Shown here: positions 50,724 through 59,650 of the stretch, piece after piece
Position numbering within the stretch: position 1 is the stretch's first letter
Layout: each line of letters starts with the position of its first letter
Assembly (NCBI GenBank): GCA_040386275.1
Contig: JAZKFU010000005.1
Span: forward strand, 7,378-71,377
Source of the DNA: Patescibacteria group bacterium
GTDB taxonomy: Bacteria > Patescibacteriota > Minisyncoccia > Phycocordibacterales > UBA918
Length of the DNA stretch: 64,000 nt
Direction: 5' to 3'
Program-made: the position numbers and the translations under genes
Notes under the pieces: model-generated
What the model was told of the DNA's origin: nothing
Databases searched by the model: none
What the model saw: only the letters and a program-made list of their open reading frames with translations

Positions 50724-50915
50724 TTATGCATTGTGTGGTTGCCGTTCAGTCTTGGTCATCGTATCAGTAACAACGTGAACGAATAGTGATTCATGTTCCG
50801 TCATGCACACACGAAACGTATGCAAGCCGAGACTGAAACTTTCTCCAACTCCCACTCCGCGATCACGAACGATGTTCAAGACCTCACTTTGTGTCAGATT
50901 GGTTTTGCCGAGCAT
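50724..50915 (-). CDS. Small hypothetical ORF (63 aa) ending 8 nt before the terminator hairpin
   Basis: ORF plus immediately following terminator; no homology recognised. Confidence 0.3.
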   Translation of the reverse strand: MLGKTNLTQSEVLNIVRDRGVGVGESFSLGLHTFRVCMTEHESLFVHVVTDTMTKTERQPHNA

Positions 50916-50985
50916 GGAACCTCCTCCCTTCTATCGGTCGCTATCATGCCAGGTTGTCGAGCAGTTTGCAACTCCTTTGGCAGCG

Positions 50986-53415
50986 TTATGAAAGTGAAAG
51001 TTCAACAGGAGAAAAATCTTCAACACTGAGATGGATGTGTCCACCGACGGGAGTTTTTCCTTCGATAATTATTTGGGCAATTTTTTCTTCTATCAAATCT
51101 TGGATGCCGTGATTGAGTCCTCTTCCCCCGCTACGTTCGGTAAAACTTTTTTCTACAATGAGCGCTATAAGTTCTGGTGTGGTGGTCAGGTGATAACCGC
51201 GCGTGAGGACGCGGGTAGAAACATCGTTCACTAACAGCTGTGCTACTTGGGTCAAGGCTTCTTTTGGCAATGGTTCAAAAATTACGGTACTGTCAAAACG
51301 ATTTAAAAGTTCTGGTTTAAATATTCCGTTTTCAATAATGTGATTAAGAACATCTGCTTCAAGGTGCGGGGCATTAGTTCGAATGTGAGAAGTCTTAGCA
51401 ATTAAATCACTCGCTGCATTACTAGTAGCAATAATAAGCGTGTTGCGTGCATTTACCTTAATTCCCTGAGTACTAGTGAAGTACCCTTCATCAAGAATTT
51501 GTAAAAATAAATCGTGCACTGAGGAATGGGCTTTTTCGAATTCATCGAGTAATATCAAACAGTATGGATGTTCTTGTAATTTGTCGGTCAGCATACCTGT
51601 TCCATTTTCGTCACCCGTTAAATACCCCAAGGTATGGGCCCCGCTAAATTCTGACATATCAAAGCGCACCATTTTCTGTTCATCGCCAAAAAATATATGG
51701 GCTAAGGCTTTAGCAGTTTCAGTTTTTCCTACCCCCGTTGGTCCGAGGAACAAAAATGACCCCATCGGTTTATCGGTACGTTCAATATCAACGCGAGCTC
51801 GCCTCAGAGTACGGGCGATAGCTTTAACGGCTTCAGGCTGCCCCACTACGCGCATACTTAAAATTTGCTCGAGGTGTAACAACTGATCACGCTCTTGTGT
51901 CGTTATCGGTCCAAGTGGGATACCGGTTGCTTGTGATAAGAATGTTTGTACAAATGGAATTGTTATACAGACTACTCCTTGTTGTTGCGCAGATTGGGCA
52001 ATGTCGTGAATTAAGTCGATAGCTTTTTCAGGCATTAACCCTTGAGGTATGTATCGTTCGGCTCCTTCTACTACCGCCACTATCGCGTCATACGTAAAGA
52101 GAACCCCACGGCGACTTTCTTGCCGAGCTACAATCGGTTGCAGAATATTTATAGTGTCTCCAAGGGTGGTGCCTTCAAGAATTATTTGTTGGAAACGACG
52201 CATCATTGTGGTGTGGGGTTGTAGTCCGGCGTGGTAGTTATTGGCACTATCAATGCCAATGCAGTGAATGGTGGGATGTGCTAAATATGTTTCAAGAATG
52301 GTTGGTAATGAAACATCGTAGGCTAAGCACGCGTTAATCGCATCTCGTAAACGAGGAATGATGATTACTTGGGTGGCTGCCTCTCCGGCTTGGGTAAGCA
52401 TATGGTGCAGGGCTGTTTCTAATGAATTGGTATCGGGGTGCGCTGAAATTATTTTTTCAATAGAAAGAATTCTAAAACTAAGTCCCGAAAGAGCATTTAA
52501 TCCTGAACCACGAACAACGCGCGAAGCGAGTGCCGTGAGAATAGCAAGTGCCCGCGATTCATCTTCAGCAATTACCATGATATTACTGGCTTTATCAGTA
52601 GCCAACATTCGTTCCATATTTTGAATCTGTTGTATTTCCTCTGGGGTGAACCTCCGGTCACTATCATGGTTGAGGGATAGTGACTGTGAAAACCGGTCTA
52701 ATTCTGGGGCTGTGCCGGTAGAAAGTGAACGTCCAATCCCTCGATGTAACGAAAGCTGGTCACGGCTCCACCATCGGGTGCGGCGTTTGGCGCTTATGTA
52801 CCGATTTAAAACAAATTGCAGGGCTCCAAAAAACGTATCATGCTGTACCCCGTGTTCAGTAAGGAGAGTCACAAAGCTTTGATCGTGGGTATAAAGAAAC
52901 GTAGCGACATCGTAGACCGTAGTGCTCGACTGGGGAGAAAGGGTAAGGTTAACCGCCGGAATAAATATGCGATTAGAGCTGAGATAGCTTTTTATATCAC
53001 GGGCAGAAATATTGCAACGCACGAGCACCTCGGCCCCTAACGGAGAGAGACAAAATCCAGAAGTTATGTCCCCTTCGTTGCGTAAGAGTATTTGCGCTAC
53101 TTCGTGCGTGATGCCCTGGCTAGATTTGTGAGCACTGCCAATAAATGAATCAAATCCTCGATAGTAAAAACTATTATGAAAACAGTATAAAAGAATTTGT
53201 TCCAGCCATAGGGCAAAAAATACTAACGCCGACCCGAGCAGGGCTCTATCGTAGGAGCCGTTGTTGTAGTGAGCGCTTATAATAAGGCTCAGGGTGCACA
53301 CAATAAACAATATAAAAAAACTAACGCGAAACACCGTGAGACTGGTTCGACCCAGGGTGGCCTCGTAGGTAATTACAGAGCGGAAGTGCTCAAGCTCTTG
53401 ATGTATTGATTTCAT
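50986..53415 (-). CDS. Membrane-anchored ClpB/ClpC-like AAA+ protein with degenerate D1 (no P-loop) and intact D2
   Basis: D2 Walker A FLGPTGVGKTETAKALA, Walker B CLILLDEFEKAH; D1 region NIMVIAEDESRALAIL replaces GEPGVGKT; two N-terminal TM helices; 809 aa. Confidence 0.85.
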   Translation of the reverse strand: MKSIHQELEHFRSVITYEATLGRTSLTVFRVSFFILFIVCTLSLIISAHYNNGSYDRALLGSALVFFALWLEQILLYCFHNSFYYRGFDSFIGSAHKSSQGITHEVAQILLRNEGDITSGFCLSPLGAEVLVRCNISARDIKSYLSSNRIFIPAVNLTLSPQSSTTVYDVATFLYTHDQSFVTLLTEHGVQHDTFFGALQFVLNRYISAKRRTRWWSRDQLSLHRGIGRSLSTGTAPELDRFSQSLSLNHDSDRRFTPEEIQQIQNMERMLATDKASNIMVIAEDESRALAILTALASRVVRGSGLNALSGLSFRILSIEKIISAHPDTNSLETALHHMLTQAGEAATQVIIIPRLRDAINACLAYDVSLPTILETYLAHPTIHCIGIDSANNYHAGLQPHTTMMRRFQQIILEGTTLGDTINILQPIVARQESRRGVLFTYDAIVAVVEGAERYIPQGLMPEKAIDLIHDIAQSAQQQGVVCITIPFVQTFLSQATGIPLGPITTQERDQLLHLEQILSMRVVGQPEAVKAIARTLRRARVDIERTDKPMGSFLFLGPTGVGKTETAKALAHIFFGDEQKMVRFDMSEFSGAHTLGYLTGDENGTGMLTDKLQEHPYCLILLDEFEKAHSSVHDLFLQILDEGYFTSTQGIKVNARNTLIIATSNAASDLIAKTSHIRTNAPHLEADVLNHIIENGIFKPELLNRFDSTVIFEPLPKEALTQVAQLLVNDVSTRVLTRGYHLTTTPELIALIVEKSFTERSGGRGLNHGIQDLIEEKIAQIIIEGKTPVGGHIHLSVEDFSPVELSLS

Positions 53416-53416
53416 A

Positions 53417-53803
53417 TTAAAAAAGTAAATAGAGGCCGTAGCTAAAACAAAGTGCCACTAATATCGGAGCAATAATAAAAATAGCGTACCAGATTGCGGC
53501 CACGAGACTAAACACACTCAGACTCAGTACCCCACTAATAATAATAGTGAGTCGCGCCACAAGCCCGAGGAGTCGTGAAAGTAGATTAATGGTGAAGTAT
53601 TCCAACCATCCTTCCATGTCTAATAATTTTCCCCGTCGCTCCGTCATTCGTTTGTAGGGGGCAAATAATGAGGTGAGAAGTTGTGGAAGCGAAAAAAATT
53701 GCGTTAAAAACCACCAGAAGTTTTTATAAATCCGCACAAATGAAATCAAGGCAGTGGTGTAATGCCAGGTAAGATAATCATGAACAATGGTAAGGAAGAA
53801 CAT
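53417..53803 (-). CDS. Small 3-4 TM membrane protein, 1-nt spacing upstream of the ClpB-like gene
   Basis: 128 aa hydrophobic; operon partner. Confidence 0.55.
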   Translation of the reverse strand: MFFLTIVHDYLTWHYTTALISFVRIYKNFWWFLTQFFSLPQLLTSLFAPYKRMTERRGKLLDMEGWLEYFTINLLSRLLGLVARLTIIISGVLSLSVFSLVAAIWYAIFIIAPILVALCFSYGLYLLF

Positions 53804-53998
53804 AGAGTGTTATGCGTACAGTATAGCAGTCGTATTTGCAAAAAGAGTAGTCACGTGGTGAAAATTTTTTATCAGTTTAGTTTCATGTCTTTTTAAATTA
53901 AGAGAACGAAGACGTAATATACATATATATATGTATCGAAGGAAGTGATTAAAATAAACGAGTACTGTCCAAAAAATAAGATTGGTGTAGACGAGTGC

Positions 53999-54093
53999 AG
54001 TTCTAGGCAGGCAAGGAAAATAATTTGAGTCGTACTTTAGTACGGTGAAAATTATTTTACCGCAGCCTAACAACGAAATGTGCTGTATACGCC
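53999..54093 (+). repeat. Intergenic repeat element, A module copy 3
   Basis: cagttctaggcaggcaaggaaaataatttgagtcgtactttagtacggtgaaaattatttt...caacgaaatgtgc aligns with 1906-2005. Confidence 0.65.
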
Positions 54094-54154
54094 AATCACC
54101 GTAAAAGAAAATACCACATGCAATGCATGTGGTATTTTCCTTTTACGGTGCGTA

Positions 54155-54355
54155 TTATGCGCGACGTACGTTTGTTGCAGCTGGTCCTTTCGGGCCGTCT
54201 TCAAGATCAAAAGTAATTTTGTCTCCTTCGTTCAATTCATCGTAAACATTGTCTACAACTGATTGTGCGTGGAAGAATACGTCCTTTCCTCCATCATCTG
54301 GAGTAATGAAACCGTAACCATTGTCTTTCTTCATTCGTGCAATTGTTCCTGTCAT
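54155..54355 (-). CDS. cspA: Cold-shock protein (CspA family)
   Basis: GTIARMKKDNGYGFITPDDGGKDVFFH RNP motifs, 66 aa. Confidence 0.92.
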   Translation of the reverse strand: MTGTIARMKKDNGYGFITPDDGGKDVFFHAQSVVDNVYDELNEGDKITFDLEDGPKGPAATNVRRA

Positions 54356-54653
54356 TTTATTTTTTTTATATTTTTAATACAAAACTTCACTACGCCTTAC
54401 CACTCGTTACCTTGCTTTGAGGGAGTTATTGTTTCGCTACTCTTATTAAAGCACACCATAAGGAATATAACAAGCAAATACACAACGCTAGTATTGTTGG
54501 GTTTGGGTAAGGCGATGGGTGAAATTCGGTATAGTGGACCTGCGGTAGGCCAGATTGCGCGCGGGCCTTGTTAGGAGGGGTCCTCACCGTAGTATAGAAA
54601 AAACCACTAGTTTGCCCGTGGCAGCTAGTGGTTTTTCCTTTAAAAATTGAAGT

Positions 54654-55805
54654 TTAGAGTCCAACTTCTACGTCTGAGGTAACAGAACTGTTGCTTTCAA
54701 TTGTAGTGTCGAGTAATTCGGTGCTCGTTGTGCTGTCAATTGAGGCTCCACCCTGAATCTTGGCATTCTGATCACGGTTATCTGAAGAGGTAGAACCTTC
54801 CCCGTCCCCGCGGTCAATTTTCATAGGGTCAATAGAGAAATCTATATCGGCAATAATTCCAGTATCTGGATCAATTTCCACTTGTCCCAATGTTGATAAG
54901 GTTGCTTCTACTTCTCCAGCGAGCGTAGCGGCTTTTTCAAGCGTGAGGCGTGCATCGGCTTCTGCCTGGGTTTCTGCCTGGGTCGTGAGCGTTGTGGCGG
55001 TAGTAATTTTAGCAGTTACCTCAGTGTACACAGCGGCACTTAATTTACTTTGGTGCTTCACAATTATATTTTTTAACGCTGTGGTTCGAGCTTTCATATC
55101 CGCTTGGTAGGCTGTAATTGAGTACAGGCCAGTGGCTAGATCTGAGGCGCGCATGCTCATAGATATATCTGAATTACTTTCGGACGCAATAGCGGCATCA
55201 CCGGCTTCGATGGTGGCAATGGTTGTGGTGTCACCTCCAAGTGCTAGATACGTGGTCATAGCTTTTTCGAGGCGCCAGTTAATTTCCGCGGCCACTTTCT
55301 CACTACTCTTTGCTGAGGCTTCGGTCGCTACGGCAAATTGATTACTAATAGCAGTAGAAACCTCGGTAGCTGTTTCGGCAGTCAGACGTCCCTCTGCTTG
55401 AAGCGTTTGAGCCTCCTCAATTCGTTCTTCTAATAAGGCAGTGTGAACTTTAGCTTCACTGTCGGCTGAAAAAGCAAACGCCGTTCGGATGTTTTCATTA
55501 AATTCAGTTTTTACGGGATACAGGAAGTCACCTGGTACCGCAGTTTGAGCTGCAAAGGTAGTTGATCCACCGATGACAACAGCAAGGATAAGCATTAATG
55601 GCATAAAGGAATAACGTAAAGATAATAATGAGGTACTCGCGGTTGCGGGCACTTCACTAATAAAACGACTTTCCTCCCCGCCTCTTACCGCATGAAACGA
55701 AGCGTAGGCTTGGAGATTATCGGCAATGCGTGTTCGGGCACTGTCAGACAGCTTAATATCCTTAAGCTTAGAAACGTATTCTGTTGTTTTTAATTCCGGA
55801 TTCAT
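54654..55805 (-). CDS. Putative membrane-spanning anti-sigma factor (383 aa) co-transcribed with ECF sigma
   Basis: ATGA overlap with sigma gene, single TM MPLMLILAVVIGGSTTF, extracytoplasmic Ala/Thr-rich coiled region. Confidence 0.5.
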   Translation of the reverse strand: MNPELKTTEYVSKLKDIKLSDSARTRIADNLQAYASFHAVRGGEESRFISEVPATASTSLLSLRYSFMPLMLILAVVIGGSTTFAAQTAVPGDFLYPVKTEFNENIRTAFAFSADSEAKVHTALLEERIEEAQTLQAEGRLTAETATEVSTAISNQFAVATEASAKSSEKVAAEINWRLEKAMTTYLALGGDTTTIATIEAGDAAIASESNSDISMSMRASDLATGLYSITAYQADMKARTTALKNIIVKHQSKLSAAVYTEVTAKITTATTLTTQAETQAEADARLTLEKAATLAGEVEATLSTLGQVEIDPDTGIIADIDFSIDPMKIDRGDGEGSTSSDNRDQNAKIQGGASIDSTTSTELLDTTIESNSSVTSDVEVGL

Positions 55806-56299
55806 ATATGTAAAATGGTCTGCAAACGTTTGGTGGCCCGATTTATGCGAACCGATATAACATTTGCTGTTTCATCTAACAGTGTGGCAATATCTTTAGG
55901 TTCTAAACCCTCCACAAACCGTAGAACCATCACCTCCTTATCTTTTTCGTCGAGATGATCTAAGGCTTCGATAACTTCCCGATGGCTTGCGAGGATTTCA
56001 GCACTGGGGCTTTTTTCGGCCGGTGCAAACCCTTGGTCCATTTGATCATCAAGCGAGTCAGATTTTTTCTTTTTATACCAATCTTTGGCTAAGTTGTTAG
56101 CGATAGTATATAAAAGGGCTCGAGGATTCGCTACATCAGTGCCAGCTTTTAGGTAACCCCAATACCGCATAAATACCTCCTGGGTCATATCTTCAGCAAT
56201 ATCAACATTTGATACCTTAACGATACAGAAACGAAAAATCGCATCCCCATATTCGGCGAAGTGATCAGCAAACAATTTTTCTTTCCTGCTCTGTAACAT
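55802..56299 (-). CDS. ECF (sigma-70 family group 4) RNA polymerase sigma factor
   Basis: Region 2 DIAEDMTQEVFMRYW and region 4 DKEVMVLRFVEGLEPKDIATLLDETANVISVRINRATKRL. Confidence 0.85.
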   Translation of the reverse strand: MLQSRKEKLFADHFAEYGDAIFRFCIVKVSNVDIAEDMTQEVFMRYWGYLKAGTDVANPRALLYTIANNLAKDWYKKKKSDSLDDQMDQGFAPAEKSPSAEILASHREVIEALDHLDEKDKEVMVLRFVEGLEPKDIATLLDETANVISVRINRATKRLQTILHI

Positions 56300-56413
56300 A
56301 AAACGATTTTATACCCATACTCTTACATTGAAAGCACGACCCTGCAAGTCTAAATGTGTGCTTTTACTCCATACATAAAAAGGTGTCCCTCGAAGGGGAC
56401 ACCGTAATTCTTT

Positions 56414-56860
56414 CTATACACAAGCAGCAATCAAGCCATGAACCATCCGTACACTGCGGAAATTGTCACCACGAAACGGAAACTGCTCAATTCTCTTCTG
56501 CGCATGTATCGTATAAATCCCCTGATCGAGATACCGGTGATGACGTTTGCAGTACCCGCGCACCGTCGCCTCGTCCTGGCGTGGAATACTCAGTATGCCC
56601 CAGGTTATTGATTCCCAGATAAGAGCGCGTGAATGAAACCCATTGTTTTGCTTTGTGCCATATGGGTACAGTTCTCGTTCGAGCCCCTCAGTAAATTCAG
56701 CGCCCTCTTTGGCTAATAAGGGAAGCACAAGATGGATATGGAGTGGCCGAGCAAAAAATGCCCGTGCCGCATCGTATGTTTCGTAGCAAGCTTCAGTTTC
56801 GCTCAATCCAACGACCAGATGGTTTGGTCGCAGTCCGAGTAGGATATTCAAAGAACTCAT
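56414..56860 (-). CDS. Hypothetical protein (148 aa)
   Basis: ORF; weak HxH(LHIHLV) resemblance only. Confidence 0.35.
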   Translation of the reverse strand: MSSLNILLGLRPNHLVVGLSETEACYETYDAARAFFARPLHIHLVLPLLAKEGAEFTEGLERELYPYGTKQNNGFHSRALIWESITWGILSIPRQDEATVRGYCKRHHRYLDQGIYTIHAQKRIEQFPFRGDNFRSVRMVHGLIAACV

Positions 56861-56918
56861 TAGCCCCTCATGTTGGCTGTTTTTTCCGGATGGACACTAT
56901 CGCACAAACCACCTAAAG

Positions 56919-57320
56919 ATGCAAAGCGTCTCGGTTACCGTAGTATTTACAGTACTTTGTACCTGTGTTTTACTGACTTTGACCTCTCATAAAAAGGGTT
57001 CACTGATGGAGCAAGAACAAAAAGTAACGTGTGAGTGTACTTATGAATGTGTAAATATCTTTGGAGATAAGGCCAGATTTTGGGCCCGGATTGTTATTCC
57101 CCATTTTCCCCTTAATCAAGAAGACAGAGATATTTTGGTGGCTTGGCTAGCTCAACATGATGAGGTAAGTAAATGGAGTCAAGTAGAAACAGCCATGTTG
57201 CTGGAGATTCGATCTCTTACCGTAAAAGTCATCGAAGAAAATATCACCAAAGAAGAACTATTTAGAATGTATTATCTTCTCACCCAGTTTGAGTGTGTAA
57301 CCCGTATCCCCCTGCCCTAG
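56919..57320 (+). CDS. Hypothetical protein (133 aa)
   Basis: ORF whose stop lies in the loop of hairpin CCCCTGCcctagcGCAGGGG followed by T-run. Confidence 0.45.
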   Translation: MQSVSVTVVFTVLCTCVLLTLTSHKKGSLMEQEQKVTCECTYECVNIFGDKARFWARIVIPHFPLNQEDRDILVAWLAQHDEVSKWSQVETAMLLEIRSLTVKVIEENITKEELFRMYYLLTQFECVTRIPLP

Positions 57321-57466
57321 CGCAGGGGTTTATTTTATAAAACACTCTTTCAATAATTGAGACCGTTTTAATTCTTGCCGATTACAATTTTTAAGCGTAT
57401 CCTTATTTCAGAATTGTTTAGCTCTCATACCACGGTAGCCTCCAAGCTACAGAAAGGAAGGTAAAA

Positions 57467-57865
57467 ATGGCACCCAAGCAAACCCAGCCGCTGTTGTTAA
57501 CGAACAAACTTACCGAGTGGCAAAACGTACCGCCGCTTAATGTGCCTCAATACCGAGGAAGACATTATATAGGGATTATGCGACAAAAACGCGGCCACCG
57601 CTTTATTTGGCGGTTTGTGCACCGAAGCGGTCATGTCATGTTTGATGGTTGGTATGATGAAGTCAGGCACTTTTCCCACCATTACGCAGCTGTCCGTCGG
57701 GGAGAAAAGTGGCATTTTATCAACCTGCATGGCAAAGTTGCCTGTCGTCACCGGTTTTTAGAAGTGGGAGAAGTCAACGAACATAAAGAAGTAGCGGTTC
57801 TTCATCCCACCTATCTTGATATCCATACGCGGCAACCTCGTTGGTTCATCTATACCCTTCCGTAG
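57467..57865 (+). CDS. Hypothetical basic protein (132 aa)
   Basis: ORF followed by hairpin/T-run at 57895-57930. Confidence 0.4.
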   Translation: MAPKQTQPLLLTNKLTEWQNVPPLNVPQYRGRHYIGIMRQKRGHRFIWRFVHRSGHVMFDGWYDEVRHFSHHYAAVRRGEKWHFINLHGKVACRHRFLEVGEVNEHKEVAVLHPTYLDIHTRQPRWFIYTLP

Positions 57866-57978
57866 GTACCTGCCTATGGTTTCAAACTAAAAACGCTCCC
57901 CTCATTTTTGGGTGGCGTTTTTTTAATTTAAGAATCTAAGGTTTGAATGTTGTAGGCATTATGAGTATGATGAACATT

Positions 57979-58773
57979 ATGAAAATCTACTCGTGGAATG
58001 TGAACGGCATCAGGGCGGTTTTAAAGAAAGGAGAGTTTCAGGCATTTGTGAAAAACCACAATCCGGACGTGATTTGCCTCCAGGAAACCAAAGCACAGCA
58101 AAATCAGGTCGAGATAGACCTGGGGGAGTACGAGGAATACTGGTGTTCCGCCGAGAAAAAGGGGTACTCGGGAACAGCAATCTTCAGTAAAATAACGCCA
58201 GAAAATGTGTTTTACGGTTTACCGGAACATATTTCATCCCAATATGCCCTTAAAGATAGCTATGGTGACACCACGACCGAAGGTCGTGTAACTACCGTGG
58301 AATACGAAAACTTTTACATTAGTACCGTTTATACCCCCAATGCCAAGGATGATTTGTCACGCATTGCCATGAGAAAACAGTGGGATCCAGCCTATTTGGC
58401 CTATATGAGCGAGTTAGAGGCCATGAAACCAGTAATTTACTGCGGGGATTTTAATGTGGCACATACCGAATTGGACCTAGCTCGCCCTAAGGAAAATATA
58501 GGTAAAAAAGGCTTTACGACAGAAGAGCGGGAGGGCTTTGAGGCTATGGTTACGGCTGGGTTTGTTGATACCTTTCGGCACCTCCATCCAACCGAAGCCC
58601 AGCAGTATACCTGGTGGTCCCATTTCGCCAATGCCCGAGAACGAAATATAGGCTGGCGGATAGATTACATCATGAGCTCACCTGCTTTGATTCCATTGCT
58701 AAAATCCGCCAGGATTCATCCGGAAGTATATGGCTCGGATCACTGCCCGGTTTCAGCTGAGTTTAGTTTTTAG
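57979..58773 (+). CDS. xth: Exodeoxyribonuclease III (Xth/APE1 family)
   Basis: MKIYSWNVNGIRA, QETK, SDHCPV C-terminal motif. Confidence 0.9.
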   Translation: MKIYSWNVNGIRAVLKKGEFQAFVKNHNPDVICLQETKAQQNQVEIDLGEYEEYWCSAEKKGYSGTAIFSKITPENVFYGLPEHISSQYALKDSYGDTTTEGRVTTVEYENFYISTVYTPNAKDDLSRIAMRKQWDPAYLAYMSELEAMKPVIYCGDFNVAHTELDLARPKENIGKKGFTTEEREGFEAMVTAGFVDTFRHLHPTEAQQYTWWSHFANARERNIGWRIDYIMSSPALIPLLKSARIHPEVYGSDHCPVSAEFSF

Positions 58774-58980
58774 GAGGCAACTTCCACAAATAGCACACTG
58801 CGTTGTCGTGATGCGGTAAATAATTTTCAACGTATAAAAATACGTTTCAAACTATTTTCCTTCCACTCCTAGCACTGTATCTATTTCTGAAAGTCTAGTA
58901 TTAAAAGTAAGGTAAATTAAACTAAACAAAAGCACACGATTCTCGTGAATGTCAATATCTAGTGTTCGGTGTCAAAATGA

Positions 58981-59005
58981 CGGCTTAACTGAGCCGTTTT
59001 TTTGA
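58981..59005 (+). terminator. Rho-independent terminator ACGGCTtaactgAGCCGT + TTTTTTT
   Basis: Hairpin plus 7-T run about 200 nt after xth stop. Confidence 0.6.
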
Positions 59006-59603
59006 TGGTAAAAAATCTTTTTACTAGTTGTCTTTTATAAAGGACATTATTTTTTGAGTTATTCACATGTATCCCCGGTAATGTCCTTTACACTATTCTC
59101 TATAGGACATACTATAGTAGTAGGCCCAGAGAGGGCGAGCAGGAATCTCCAGAGTTCAGAACTTAAGTCAAAAACTTCAGTCCCGAACCCTGGAGGTTCC
59201 CCTTAAAGAGCACATTAATAATTAAGAGTATTACCTCCAAAAAACTCTAAAGCACATAGAACCCACCCGTGTGAAATCTTCTTACAAGATTAACTAATGT
59301 CAGACGTAAAGGACATCGGTAGATATTTGCAAGCAACATTGACTTCACACAAGTAGTAATCAACAAAAAATAATATGTTGAAACTCTAGAATAGATCTGA
59401 TGGACGGAAGGTAGAACGAATTGAGCAATAAACTTGGTTAGCCAATTAATTTGGCGCCACATAGAGACTCAAGTCTCTCACATAAGTAACGCTCAGAAAA
59501 TAAAGGCCTGAGGGCATCGCAAGCGGATTATCTAACAATCAGCTAACGATTCTCTCAGGCCTTTTTATTTTACCCAAAAATAACGCCTACCCTGAACTCT
59601 ATC

Positions 59604-59640
59604 AAAAAACCCCTCAAAGCGTACGCTTTGAGGGGTTTTA
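59604..59640 (-). terminator. Terminator AAAAAACCCCTCAAAGCGTACGCTTTGAGGGGTTTT downstream of cca
   Basis: 12-bp stem with flanking A/T runs. Confidence 0.7.
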
Positions 59641-59650
59641 ATGTTTAGGA

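Noticed and set aside
58800-59650. tmRNA, SRP RNA or RNase P RNA in the long non-coding stretch
   Set aside because: No tRNA-like 3' end with tag-peptide frame, no SRP GGAA/AGCA tetraloop-helix 8 signature, and no RNase P P4 consensus was recognisable. It is left as an unclassified candidate sRNA.
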